A stretch of DNA of 64,000 nucleotides from Eledone cirrhosa (GCA_964016885.1 OZ024766.1:14446001-14510000), one strand, 5' to 3'. Numbered from the stretch's first letter, positions 42,790 through 56,818 are shown. Numbers and translations are program-made. Notes: generated by a model from the letters alone, not told the origin.

Positions 42790-43315
42790 CAAGGGTAAAG
42801 GTGATACACTAGACAGGAGAAACCACAGGGGGATACAAATAATGGACCAAGTTACAGAAAGGGTTTTCACAAAAGGAAGTGCACCACAGATGCCCTGGTT
42901 TTAGTAAGACAACTACAAGAGACGTTCTTAGCTAAGAATAAGCCTCTATATCTAGCTTTTGATGATCTAGAAAAGGCCTTTGACAGAGTACTCTGATTGG
43001 TCATCTGGTGGTATTTAACCCTTTAGCATTCAAACCGGCCATATCAGGCCAGAAATGTCTCACCTCTTTCTGTTCAAATCAGCTGTAACTGGCCACTCAT
43101 ACTGATGTTAAGGTATTATTCTCAAGATAAATAACATCAAAATCTCATAGATTCGATATTATGTGAGATAATTATGTAAGATAAAGTGTTTACTACCAAG
43201 ATAAAATAGTATATATAGAGTAATGTGAATGCTAAAGGGTTAAGGAAACTAAGTGTAGAAGTGTGGGAGCTTTTAAGAGTAGTGCAAGCAATGTACAGAG
43301 GAGCTGTCAGTAAAG
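42790..43315 (+). mobile_element. RTE RT fragment interrupted by a MITE
   Basis: Encodes DALVLVRQLQETFLAKNKPLYLAFDDLEKAFDRV..IWW; resumes after the MITE. Confidence 0.75.
43019..43239. mobile_element. piggyBac-like MITE
   Basis: TTAA|CCCTTTAGCATT...AATGCTAAAGGG|TTAA. Other copies at 49999-50219, about 55340-55560 and 59824-60044; partial copy near 35680-35776. Confidence 0.85.
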
Positions 43316-44699
43316 CTCAAACATGACTAATATTAGCACTGTGTATGCAACTAGTGGAAATCTTATTGGTCATGCTTTTAATATTTTGGTTGGTTTCTTT
43401 TAGCTGGATGCCTTTCCTATTACCAAACTCTTTACAGTGTGGTCAGGGTGCATTATTCATGCAATAATCACTAGAGACATCCTCTTCACCCTGTATGAGT
43501 GTTTATTTGGATTGTCTACTCTCCTAGATGGGTTGCCTTCACTACGGCTTACAGGGACCACATCTGCCCAGACAGTCATTAAACGGGTCACAGATCAGTG
43601 AATTTACATTCGTGGTGTAGGAGGATACGTGAGTGTGTGTGAGTAAGCAAATGGCATAAATGTAAGGTTATATCTGCCAAACAGAAAGGTAGAGGACAGG
43701 AGTAGGTGGAAGGGATGTGGTGACAGATTCTGAGACAGGTAGATAGCTATTGTGATAAATAGCAGACAGGTTAGCAATAAATAGATGAAATGTTAAAAAA
43801 ACTGAGAAATATCGATGGTCTTATCTTTAAGATTTAAATCCTCCATTACCGCAGGAAGATTGGATATTTCTATGATTGGGAGAAGGAAAAAGAAACAGAG
43901 CACACTGCAGGCTGTGTACTGGTTTAATGGGGATGGAGAGACAGCATAAAGCAGGGTTCGAAAGTTGGATGTCACTTTTTAAAAAAAGCATCATAATGAC
44001 ACAGGTCTATACATAATTGAAAACATATACACAGATATATACATATATGTCATACACTATATATATATATACACATGTATGTATATAAAATGAATAAAAG
44101 AACCAGGGATTAATTACAATGTTTAATAGATCTGTGAATGTTTCTTTCAAATACAGAAGGACTTAGGGCCACACAACTAGCAACACCAGCCCCAGCAGCA
44201 GCTAAACCCCCACCAATAACAACCAAGACAGAACCAACCCAAGGGGAACATGAGGATATCTCCCCCACTCCATCCAAAAACAAATACATATTTAAACCCC
44301 CACAGAAATACACAAATACAAACATTTTAGAGTTACACAGGGACCTCGTCTTCTTGCAGTGAAGACAAGGGACAACCCAAAAGAGCACAAAACACAAATG
44401 TGCAAACAAAAGAAAAAAAACTCAAAGATCACATACTAGGGGCTCCCCATTTTCCAAACCTAACCCTGTCATTACCATTACCAATGGGCTTTACCTGTTT
44501 TTGTGGAGAGGTTTTGCTAACTCTTGTCACTGGCCTGAATTGTTGAAGTAGCCAACAGTTCACCTCCTGTGTCACACACACTTGGCTTACAAACTTGCCC
44601 TGTGGCCTCCCAGATGATATCATATAGGTTGGGGTAGTAGGCTGCAATGAGCTGCTGGCATGAGTGGTATATCTACCAATACCAACTCACCACCTGCTG

Positions 44700-45560
44700 G
44701 TCAGGCTCTTAGGTAAGTATATTGGGATTTAAGGTGGCCATTTCTTACATTTTGTTTCCAAGTTGTGCCTCCATGTCTGAAATTTATTCTCTAATTCTGT
44801 CATAGATTTGGCTAAGAGGGTCAGGTCATTGGCGTATAGAAGTTCCCAAGGGCAACCAGTCTTAAATTCCTCTGTTATAGCCTGTAGGACAATAATGAAG
44901 AGGATGGGGTAAAGGACGGAACCTTGGTGAACCCCTACCTGTCAGCTGCATTCCTCCCTGTATTCATTGTTGATATTAACTTTGCTGGTGGCCACTTTGT
45001 AAATGGCCTGTACTGCTCTCACAAGCCACTCATCCATGCCTTGTTTTTTGAGGGCCCACCATATTATGGGTTGAGGAACTGTCAGAAGCTTTCTCCAGGT
45101 CAACGAAAGCTAGGTTGAGTGACTTGCTTTTTGCCAACTACTTCTCCTGCATTTGCTTCGCAAGGAAGAGGGCATCGGTGCTGCTTCTTCCCGGCATAAA
45201 TCCAAACTGCATTTCATCTAGTTATATACGATCTCTAATCAGTTGTGTGATGACCCTTTCTGTAACTTTCATGACCTGGTCAGTCAGCTTTATGCCTCTG
45301 TAGTTACTTCTCTCTAGGGCATGTCTTTTACCCTTGTAACAGTTGATGATGATGATGCTATTTCAATCACTGGGAATTATACCATTCTCTATTATTTGTT
45401 TTCAATGAGGGTGGTTAGGTTGGGCCTTACTGCCCAAGATGCTTTCAACATCTCAGCTACGACTCCCGATGCTTTATGCGTCTTCAGCTTCTTAATTGTC
45501 TTACTTACAAGGTTGCTGTTTATGTGTATAGTTGGTCCTTCTGTTGGCTGTGCTTGGGGC
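44700..45560 (-). mobile_element. Degraded RTE RT fragment
   Basis: Minus strand reads EEFKTGCPWELLYANDL and QFGFMPGRSSTDALF. Confidence 0.75.
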
Positions 45561-46310
45561 ATCATCATCATCGTTTAACGTCCATTTTCATGGCTAGCAT
45601 GAGTAAATAAAATATCTATATATATTTATATATAATTGTTTCTACTTTTGGCACAAGGCCAGCAATTAACCCAGTGTATTACTGGTACTTTATTTTATCG
45701 ACCCTGTAAGGCAAAGTTAACCTCGGAGGGATTTGAACTCAGACTGCATATATTTATATATAATGAACTTGTGTAGATGTATGTCTGTGGGAGTGTAGAT
45801 GTGTATGTGTGTGCACTTGTATTTATATGTGTGTGAGTGTTTTTTTGTCCATGTTTGTCTGCGTTTTTATTGATATGACTCAGTGAAAGGAAATTTCTAT
45901 ACATTTCAATGAATACAGGCTAAACATTTTGCCTAATATATACAAATATGTAGTCATGTGTATGTATATACATATATATATTTATTATATATATATATAT
46001 ACATACATACATACATATGTGTATGTATATATATATATATATATATAGATGTATCAACACAGACAAAAGATAGAAATGTATGTAGGTGTGTATAATACAG
46101 GAGAAAAAAACAAGTTTCTTTGTAATATACGTATGACCTCATATCTTTTCAAATTACTGTAACTCATGCAAAATTACAAACTTAATATGGATTTCAACGA
46201 AATTTGTGCAATGAAAGAATTTATAAAGTTCAGTTTATCAGAGCGTGATAAAATTATATTTGGAAAATGTAAACAAGATCAGGAAAATGTCTCAAATATA
46301 ATATATATGC

Positions 46311-46357
<47 letters not shown>

Positions 46358-46396
46358 CCTTTAACGTCGATCCTCCATGCTAGCATGGGTTGTGTA

Positions 46397-46452
<56 letters not shown>

Positions 46453-46535
46453 ATACACGGATATATATATGTATATACGTGTATATATATATAAATGTAT
46501 ATATATACGTATATATATATATATATATATACGTG

Positions 46536-46594
<59 letters not shown>

Positions 46595-46735
46595 GTGTGT
46601 ATATATATATATATATGTGTATATATATATATACGTGTATATATATATATACGTGTATATATATATATACGTGTATATATATATATATATACGTGTATAT
46701 ATATATATATACGTGTATATATATATATATATATA

Positions 46736-47282
46736 TATAGGTTAACACAAATCAATATATTTGATACACAAATCCTCATATTTATGTATGTATTGTAAAT
46801 GACCAAGTTAGCTAGATAGAAATATACTAATAATAATATTACAGTTTGCCTATCATGACTTAAGATAATACATCATAAATCAACAAAAACAAATTGTATT
46901 GGCAATGGCCGTGGTGCTTGGACAAATTTAAATTTCAAAATCAAACCTGTTCCGTAGACAGGTTTAAACCTTAAAATCCAAATATGTTTCGAATAATGAA
47001 AAAGACCTTCCACTTTTTAATTATTCGAAACATATTTGGATTTTAAGGTTTAAACCTGTCTACGGAACAGGTTTGATTTTGAAATTTAAATTTGTCCAAG
47101 CACCACGGCCATTGCCAATACAATTTGTTTTTGTTGATTTATGATGTATTATCTTAAGTCATGATAGGCAAACTGTAATATTATTATTAGTATATTTCTA
47201 TCTAGCTAACTTGGTCATTTACAATACATACATAAATATGAGGATTTGTTTATCAAATATATTGATTTGTGTTAACCTATAT
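46736..47282. repeat. Long near-perfect inverted repeat (~260-bp arms, ~20-bp spacer)
   Basis: AGGTTAACACAAATC...GTTTCGAATAAT, then spacer, then ATTATTCGAAAC...GATTTGTGTTAACCT. Confidence 0.95.
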
Positions 47283-47358
47283 TACACGGCTCAGAATAGT
47301 CTTCCTTTGAGCTATTTCATTGTAAATGATCGCCTGAGATTTGAACTCATTATTATTG

Positions 47359-47393
<35 letters not shown>

Positions 47394-47466
47394 TGTATAT
47401 ATATATATATATACTGTATATTTATACTGTTTATATATATATATACTGTATATATATATATATACT

Positions 47467-47502
<36 letters not shown>

Positions 47503-47821
47503 TGTTTATATATATATATACTGTGTATATATATATATATTTATATATATATATATATATATGTGTTAGGAAGGGCATCCAGCTGTAGAAAACCCGCCAG
47601 ACAGTCCATGCTGTAATGTGGCCGTGTAGGCAACACGGTAAAAACCTCCCAGCCCCACACTGTAAATGTGGTTGGTGTTAGGAAGGGCATCCAACTGTAG
47701 AAAACCCGCCAGACAGTCCTATGCGAGCAAGACAACCACTCTTGCCTCAAGTGGGAAAACCCCCGTCCAAACCCATGCAAGCGTGGAACACGGACGCTAA
47801 ACCTGATGATGATGATGATGA

Positions 47822-47873
<52 letters not shown>

Positions 47874-47943
47874 TGTATATATATACTGTATATATATATA
47901 TATATATATACTGTATATATATACTGTATATATATATATATAT

Positions 47944-48337
47944 ATATATTGGTAAACGGAATAGAAAATGCTGACAAATTGTTCACAGTTGAAAAATGGT
48001 TTAATTAGGAATAAAAGAGTATTAGTGATTGTATGGGTTAGTATTCAGTTGTGGTTTTAAGTTTTTACCGGTTGCGCATTTCTAAATGCTTTTCAAAAAT
48101 AATTTTGAGATAGAGTGTCCGTGCTGTTTGCTCTGATCAGAGCAAACAGCACGGACACTCTATCTCAAAATTATTTTTGAAAAGCATTTAGAAATGCGCA
48201 ACCGGTAAAAACATAAAAACTTAAAACCACAACTGAATACTAACCCATACAATCACTAATACTCTTTTATTCCTAATTAAACCATTTTTCAACTGTGAAC
48301 AATTTGTCAGCATTTTCTATTCCGTTTACCAATATAT
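47944..48337. repeat. Spacerless palindrome (~190-bp arms)
   Basis: Centre GCTCTGA|TCAGAGC at 48136/48137; short insertion in the right arm. Confidence 0.95.
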
Positions 48338-48367
48338 AATAACTTGTGTGTTACACCTCTATTCTTT

Positions 48368-48409
<42 letters not shown>

Positions 48410-48544
48410 TATTGTATATATATACAGTATATATATATATACAGTATATATATGTACAGTATATATTTATATATATATACAGTATATATATATATATATA
48501 TATACTGTATATATATATACTGTATATATATATATATATATATA

Positions 48545-48575
<31 letters not shown>

Positions 48576-48737
48576 CTGTATATATATATATATATATATA
48601 CTGTATATATACAGTATATATATGTGGAGGCACATGGCTTAGTGGTTAGAACATTGGCCTTGCAATCGAAAGGTTGTGAGTTCAATTCTCAGACCGGGTA
48701 ATGTGTTGAAGTTATAGCTCTGGCTTTCATCCTAACA

Positions 48738-49480
48738 GGGTTGATAAAGTAAAGTACCAGTAACGTACTGGGGTTGATAAAGTAAAGTACCAGTAACGTA
48801 CTGGGGTTGATAAAGTAAAGTATCAGTAATGTACTGGGGTTGATAAAATAAAGTACCAGTAATGTACTGGCGTTGATAAAGTAAAGTACCAGTAATGTAC
48901 TGGGGTTGATAAAGTAAAGTACCAGTAATGTACTGGGGTTGATAAAGTACCAGTAACATACTGGGGTTGATAAAGTAAAGTACCAGTAATGTACTGGGGT
49001 TGATAAAGTAAAGTACCAGTAATGTACTGGGGTTGATAAAGTAAAGTACCAGTAACGTACTGGGGTTGATAAAGTAAAATACCAGTAATGTACTGGAGTT
49101 GATAAAATAAAGTACTAGTAACGTACTGGGGTTGATAAAGTAAAGTACCAGTAACGTACTGGGGTTGATAAAATAAAGTACCAGTAATGTACTGGTGTTG
49201 ATAAAATAAAGTACCAGTAATGTACTGGGCTTGATAAAATAAAGTACCAGTAACGTACTGGGGTTGATAAAGTAAAGTACCAGTAACGTACTGGGGTTGA
49301 TAAAATAAAGTAACAGTAATGTACTGGTGTTGATAAAATAAAGTACCAGTAATGTACTGGGCTTGATAAAATAAAGTACCAGTAACGTACTGGGGTTGAT
49401 AAAGTAAAGTACCAGTAACGTACTGGGGTTGATAAAGTAAAGTACCAGTAACGTACTGGGGTTGATAAAATAAAGTACCT
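48738..49480. repeat. 33-bp minisatellite derived from the SINE-A core
   Basis: Unit GTTGATAAAGTAAAGTACCAGTAA(C/T)GTACTGGG; paralogous arrays at about 54537-54820 and 58727-59308. Confidence 0.9.
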
Positions 49481-49522
49481 GGACTGGTGAGAGATAAAAG
49501 CTGAGATATGAAAATAACTAAC

Positions 49523-49660
49523 CTTTCTGACAACTGTTTCCTTCATAACCTGGAGCACATCTACCCCTTGAACAGATCCCTAATTCCACATTACACCTGT
49601 TGTTATCTTCACAATGACACACCTGATCACAGTTGGCACCAAGTCTTCCACTACTGCACA
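49523..49660 (-). CDS. EGF-like exon (SREC/MEGF10/Ced-1 type), copy A
   Basis: cctgttacag|TG TGC...; CSSGRLGANCDQVCHCEDNNRCNVELGICSRGRCAPGYEGNSCQK; donor G|gttagt; 138 nt, phase 1-1, 8 Cys. Confidence 0.8.
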
Positions 49661-50859
49661 CTGTAACAGGAAAACATTGGTGTAGATCAGGGATTGGCAA
49701 CTTCTTTGCCTCCACGGGCCGGACGAACGCCATAAAAGAATAATTATGGAAAATTACACAAGCTAAAATTTAATCTCGAGTGTTGACTATACTATTCATT
49801 TCTCAAATCTTGAATTATATTCACAAATACCTCTGAATCCTGTGATTTCCCTCCTTGAAATGATGGAAAATGCACATAATTTTTATTTCAAAGTTGATGT
49901 TCCCACAACTGTAGCTTTTTTTCAAAGGCAACAATATGGTTATACATTTCATTTACGAGCTGAGTTTTACCTTGAAGTTGTAAATTTAAGTTATTTAACC
50001 CTTTAGCACTTACATTACTCTATATTTACTATTGTAGTTTCACAGTAAACACTTTATCTTATATAGTTATCTCACATAATATTGAATCTATGAGATTTTG
50101 ATAATATTTATTTTGAGAAGAATACCTTAACGTCAGTATGAGTGGCTAGTTACAGCCGGTTTGAACAGAAAAAAGTGAGAGATTTCTGGCCGGATATGGC
50201 CGGTTTAAATGCTAAAGGGTTAAACGAGTCACAATATCCTCAATAAATACCAAAGTTGTAACAGCAGGCTTTTTATCGTATTCGAAAGGAATAATACGTA
50301 TTATTCTTTTATAATCTTTTATAATCTCTATAATTGTATTATTCTTTATCGAAAGGTTGTGAGTTCAATTCTCAGACCGGGTAATGTGTTGTTTCCTTGA
50401 GCAAGACACTTTATTTCAAATTGCTCCAGTTAACTCAGCTGTAAAAATGAGATGATAGGGACTGGGGTCCCTATCATTCCACTGTAAAGTGGTCGTAGAG
50501 GTGCCACGGCAAAAAATCACTCAGCACTCACTGTAAATGAGGTTGGTTTTAGGAAGGGCATCAAGCTGTAGAAATCAAGCCAGAATCAGTTCCTGTCCCA
50601 CTCTTGCAAGCAGGGAAAAGGGGACGTAAAATGAAATGATTTCATAATTCAGGGGTTGATAAAATATAGTACCAGTGATATCCTGGGGTAGATTTAATAG
50701 AATAGCTTAACACACACTCACATATATATATATATCTACTAACCAAAGTATCGCGTGATCTGGTGCGTTATGGTCCACCTCGTTCCTTACCATACTTCCT
50801 ACCACACACACACACACACATATATAGATATATACTTATAAATATATACAGAATAAGGA

Positions 50860-51150
50860 GCAGGTATTACAATAACCTGGGGTTCAAGGGCCCTCACCTC
50901 TTCAACAAGCTGCCAAGGAATTTGAGAGATCTGCATGGTGTGGACGTGGATGTTTTCAAGGAACATCTCGACACCCTGTTACCAGGATCCTGGATGAGCC
51001 CACAGCATGGTTCGAAGGTAACCTAAGGGCAGCAACAACGAACCCCCTCTTTGCCAAATGGCCAACCAACACGGGTTGGAGAAAGAATGTGTAACAAGGG
51101 CATGCCCCAGCATGGCCTCAACTGGATCGCTGGAACACGTTAAAAGAGTA
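50860..51150 (+). mobile_element. CR1/L2-like LINE 3' fragment (in each duplication unit)
   Basis: NLGFKGPHLFNKLPRNLRDLHGVDVDVFKEHLD; repeated near 56195 and 60685. Confidence 0.65.
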
Positions 51151-52007
51151 AAAGAGAATATATATATATATATATATATACATATAATGTAGGAGGTGAG
51201 TTTTATTGTAGTACAATAAAGCAATGCAGATATCGGATAAGAAGCACTCTACAGTTTGTAGGACTGGAGTATACATAATATAAGATCAAAAGATGGTTAA
51301 AGGAGTTCCATGTATTTTATTATGCGAATTTAAAACTGCACTATCCACAAGTGTTTTTTTAGCCTTCATATCATGTTCTCCTGTTTTATCTGATGAAAAC
51401 ACAAATAATATTGCATGATGATGTTTGTTTTTGAAATGCGCATAATAAAATACATGGAACTCCTTTAACCATCTTTTGATCTTATATTATATATACATAT
51501 ATATATATTTATATTTATATTTCTGGCTATTTCTGGCTGTCGATGGTCCTATTCAGGCCACTGGGATGACGTTGTTCAACGAGTGTATTTTTAAAAAAAT
51601 GCAACAAGTGGTTCATATCATTCGCAGATTTGCATTTGCTGTGTAAACGCAGATGGTTATTTTTCTTCTCATTTGGTGAACATCCAAGAATTTAACTGCT
51701 GTGATTTACGCATTAATAGGTGAAATATATTTCTTACTTAAAGAAATATATACAAAGGAGATTAATCATTTTAAAAGGTATCTATATTTGAAGTTGTAGT
51801 CAAGCTTTAATTAGTTACCTACCTAGCTATGTGTGCCTACATTCTTTACAAATTATTCCCTGTGATTGTTTCATGTATTTATTATATATATATATATATA
51901 TGTCAATCTATTTCTAGTTGATATGTAATGCTCGGATCTAATCTTTCAGCTTATTCTACGCATGGTGCATGTCTCTCAGACATGACAACCCTTAATTTTA
52001 ATTTTGG

Positions 52008-52079
<72 letters not shown>

Positions 52080-52190
52080 CTCAGAGTACTCAATACTTAG
52101 GGTAGAAGAGTGGGTAATAGGAAAAGAGCCAGGAACCCAACAGCTGAGCTCTGGCCAGAGATCAGCAGTTGGGGTCCTGACTCTTTTCCT

Positions 52191-52249
<59 letters not shown>

Positions 52250-52388
52250 TAAATGGAAACTATATTTATAAAACCATATTTATTTTATTATACATATTTC
52301 AAGGCAACCAAGGCAAACTGTTGAGTGCTTTATATCAGTTATAAACATTTTTAAGCTTATTGAATCCCAACAAATTAAATATAACCTC

Positions 52389-52429
<41 letters not shown>

Positions 52430-52844
52430 CAACATTAGAATTACTACTACATTTTACTTTCTATCTCTCTGCCTCTTCCACTTTTAGTCTCCATTCTTCC
52501 CACTTTCTCTCTCTCCCTCTCTCTCTGTCTCTCTCACATCTCTTTCTCTCCCTCTATCTCCCTCTCTCGATATCCCTCTCTTTCTCTCTCTCTCTGTCTC
52601 TCTCGCCCCCTCTCTCTCTATCTCTCCTCCTGTCTCTCCCATACACTTACCTAAGGTCATGTAATTTAACTGGGTGTGACTTTCTCTAAAAGTTAATACA
52701 AAGACTTGCTTTCAACTGACAGAAACATAGCTACGATGTTGCACACTCATATCATGTGTCTGTATGGCTGACTGTCTGAACTTCATACAGAAATAAAAAA
52801 CCCACACAACCAACATTCTGGGGTTGATAAAATATAATTGTTTC

Positions 52845-54075
52845 TAATTATATTGACTAATTATATTTACTAATAATATTTAGTAATAATATTGACTAAT
52901 TATATTGACTAATTATATTGACTAATTATATTGAGTAATAATATTGACTAATTATATTGACTAATTATATTGACTAATTATATTGACTAATTATATTGAC
53001 TAATTATATTGACTAATTATATTTACTAATAGTATTGACTAATAATATTGACTAATTATATTGACTAATTATATTGACTAATTATATTGACTAATTATAT
53101 TGACTAATTATATTGACTAATTATATTTACTAATTATATTGACTAATTATATTTACTAATAATAGTAACTAATTATATGAACTAATAATTGTTTCTACGT
53201 TAGGCACAAGGCCAGCAATTACCCAGTACATTACTGGTACTTTATTTTATCGACCCCGTAAGGATGAAAGGCAAAGTTAACCTCATTAACTAATTATATT
53301 GACTAATTATATTAACTAATATTATCACCTAATAATATTAACTAATAACATTCACTAATTATATTAACTAATAATATTAACTAATATTATCAACTAATAA
53401 TATTCACTAATAATTTAAATAATTTTTACATTAGGCACAAGGCCAGCAATTACCTCAGTGTATTACTGGTACTTTATTTTATCAACCCCGTAAGGATGAA
53501 AGGCAAAGTTAACCTCGGCGGGATTTGAATTAGTTAATATTATTCGGTTGATTGGCAGTATCGGTGGAGCGTCGGACGCCATGCTTTGATGCATAGAGTT
53601 ATATAATTAGTAAATATTATTAGTTAATATTATTAGTTAATATTATTAGTTAATATAATTAGTTAATATTATTAGTTAATATTATTAGTTAATATAATTA
53701 GTTAATATAATTAGTTAATATTATTAGTTAATATTATTAGTTAATATTATTAGTTAATATAATTAGTTAATATTATTAGTTAATATTATTAGTTAATATA
53801 ATTAGTTAATATTATTAGTTAATATTATTAGTTAATATTATTAGTTAATATAATTAGTTAATATTATTAGTTAATATTATTAGTTAATATTATTAGTTAA
53901 TATTATTAGTTAATATTATTAGTTAATATAATTAGTTAATATTATTAGTTAATATTATTAGTTAATATAATTAGTTAATATTATTAGTTAATATTATTAG
54001 TTAATATTATTAGTCAATATAATTAGTTAATATTATTAGTTAATATAATTAGTTAATATTATTAGTCAATAATAA
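52845..54075. repeat. 13-bp AT-rich satellite in two opposed orientations with interleaved SINEs
   Basis: (TAATTATATTGAC)n followed by (TAATAT(T/A)ATTAGT)n; also at about 57420-58270 and 62380-63835. Confidence 0.9.
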
Positions 54076-54863
54076 CATTAATGGCAGTGGATTGGCAGTA
54101 TCAGTGGAGGGTGGGACGCCATGCTTTGATGCATAGAGTTACGGCCCTTGCCATTCTGAGTTCAAATCCCACCGAGGTTAACTTTGCCTTTCATCCTTAC
54201 GGGGTCGATAAAATAAAGTAGCAGTAATTCACTGGGGTAATTGCTGGCCTTGTGCCTAACGTAGAAACAATTATTAACTAATATTACTAACTAATAATAT
54301 TGATTGTTGACTAGAAATTTAGAGATTATTTTAATGGTTTCTGATTTAGATGCAAGGCCAACACATTTGGGGAAGGGGTGTTGATTGACCCCAGTGTGTT
54401 ACTGGTACTTTATTTTATCAACCCAGTAAGGATGAAGGGCAAAGCTTACCTTGATGGGATTTGAACTCAGAACGTAAAGGGCCGTAACTGGGTTCAAATC
54501 CTACTGAAGTTATAGCTCTGGCTTTCATCCTAACAGGGTTGATAAAGTAAAGTACCAGTAACGTACTGGGGTTGATGAAGTAAAGTACCTGTAACGTTCT
54601 TGGGTTGATAAAGTAAGGTACCAGTAATGTACTGGGTTTGATAAAGTAAAGTACCAGTAACGTACTGGGGTTGATAAAGTAAAGTACCAGTAACGTACTG
54701 GGGTTGATAAAGTAAAGTACCAGTAACGAACTGGGGTTGATAAAGTAAACTACCAGTAATGTACTGGGGTTAATAAAATAAAGTACCAGTAATGTACTGG
54801 GGTTGATAAAATAAAGTACCTGGACTGGTGAGAGATAAAAGCTGAGATATGAAAATAACTAAC

Positions 54864-55001
54864 CTTTCTGACAACTGTTTCCTTCATAACCTGGAGCACA
54901 TCTACCCCTTGAACAGATCCCTAATTCCACATTACACCTGTTGTTATCTTCACAATGACACACCTGATCACAGTTGGCACCAAGTCTTCCACTACTGCAC
55001 A
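54864..55001 (-). CDS. EGF-like exon, copy B
   Basis: Identical to copy A by eye, including splice sites. Confidence 0.8.
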
Positions 55002-56491
55002 CTGTAACAGGAAAACATTGGTGTAGATCAGGGATTGGCAACTTCTTTGCCTCCATGGGCCGGACGAACGCCATAAAAGAATAATTATGGAAAATTACAC
55101 AAGCTAAAATTTAATCTCGAGTGTTGACTATACTATTCATTTCTCAAATCTTGAATTATATTCACAAATACCTCTGAATCCTGTGATTTCCCTCCTTGAA
55201 ATGATGGAAAATGCACATAATTTTTATTTCAAAGTTGATGTTCCCACAACTGTAGCTTTTTTTCAAAGACAACAATATGGTTATACATTTCATTTACGAG
55301 CTGTGTTTTACCTTGAAGTTGTAAATTTAAGTTATTTAACCCTTTAGCACTTACATTATTCTATATTTACTATTGTAGTTTCACAGTAAACACTTTATCT
55401 TATATCGTTATCTCACATAATATTGAATCTATGAGATTTTGATATTATTTATTTTGAGAAGAATACCTTAACGTCAGTATGAGTGGCTAGTTACAGCCGG
55501 TTTGAACAGAAAAAAGTGAGAGATTTCTGGCCGGATATGGCCGGTTTAAATGCTAAAGGGTTAAACGAGTCACAATATCCTCAATAAATACCAAAGTTGT
55601 AACAGCAGGCCTTTTATTGTATTCGAAAGGAATAATACGTATTATTCTTTTATAATCTTTTATAATCTCTATAATTGTATTATTCTTTATCGAAAGGTTG
55701 TGAGTTCAATTCTCCGACCGGTTAATGTGTTGTTTCCTTGAGCAAGACACTTTATTTCAAATTGCTCCAGTTTACTCAGCTGTAGAAATGAGATGATAGG
55801 GACTGGAGTCCCTATCATTCCACTGTAAAGTGGTCGTAGAGGTGCCACGGCAAAAAATCACCCAGCACTCACTGTAAATGAGGTTGGTTTTAGGAAGGGC
55901 ATCAAGCTGTAGAAATCAAGCCAGAATCAGTTCCTGTCCCACTCTTGCAAGCAGGGAAAAGGGGACGTAAAATGAAATGATTTCATAATTCAGGGGTTGA
56001 TAAAATATAGTACCAGTGATATCCTGGAGTAGATTTAATAGAATAGCTTAACACACACTCACATATATATATATATCTACTAACCAAAGTATCGCGTGAT
56101 CTGGTGCGTTATGGTCCACCTCGTTCCTTACCATACTTCCTACCACACACACACATATATAGATATATACTTATAAATATATACAGAATAAGGAGCAGGT
56201 ATTACAATAACCTGGGGTTCAAGGGCCCTCACCTCTTCAACAAGCTGCCAAGGAATTTGAGAGATCTGCATGGTGTGGACGTGGATGTTTTCAAGGAACA
56301 TCTCGACACCCTGTTACCAGGATCCTGGATGAGCCCACAGCATGGTTCGAAGGTAACCTAAGGGCAGCAACAACGAACCCCCTCTTTGCCAAATGGCCAA
56401 CCAACACAGGTTGGAGAAAGAATGTGTAACAAGGGCATGCCCCAGCATGGCCTCAACTGGATCGCTGGAACACGTTAAAAGAGTAAAAGAG

Positions 56492-56522
<31 letters not shown>

Positions 56523-56818
56523 TTATATTTATATTTCTGGCTATTTCTGGCTGTCCATGGTCCTATTCAGGCCACTGGGATGACGTTCAACGAGTGTATT
56601 TTTTAAAAAATGCAACACGTGGTTCAAATCATTCGCAGATTTGCATTTGCTGTGTAAACGCAGATGGTTATTTTTCTTCTCATTTGGTGAACATCCAAGA
56701 ATTTAACTGCTGTGATTTACGGATTAATAGGTGAAATATATTTCTTACTTAAAGAGCCAGGAACCCAACGGCTGAGCTCCGGCCAGAGATCAGCAGTTGG
56801 GGTCCTGACTCTTTTCCT

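Noticed and set aside
46166-48701. Many Y/I-rich ORFs
   Set aside because: Translations of (TA)n microsatellite.
48732-49558. YQPQYITGTLL-repeat ORFs
   Set aside because: Translation of the SINE-derived 33-bp minisatellite; frameshifts differ among copies.
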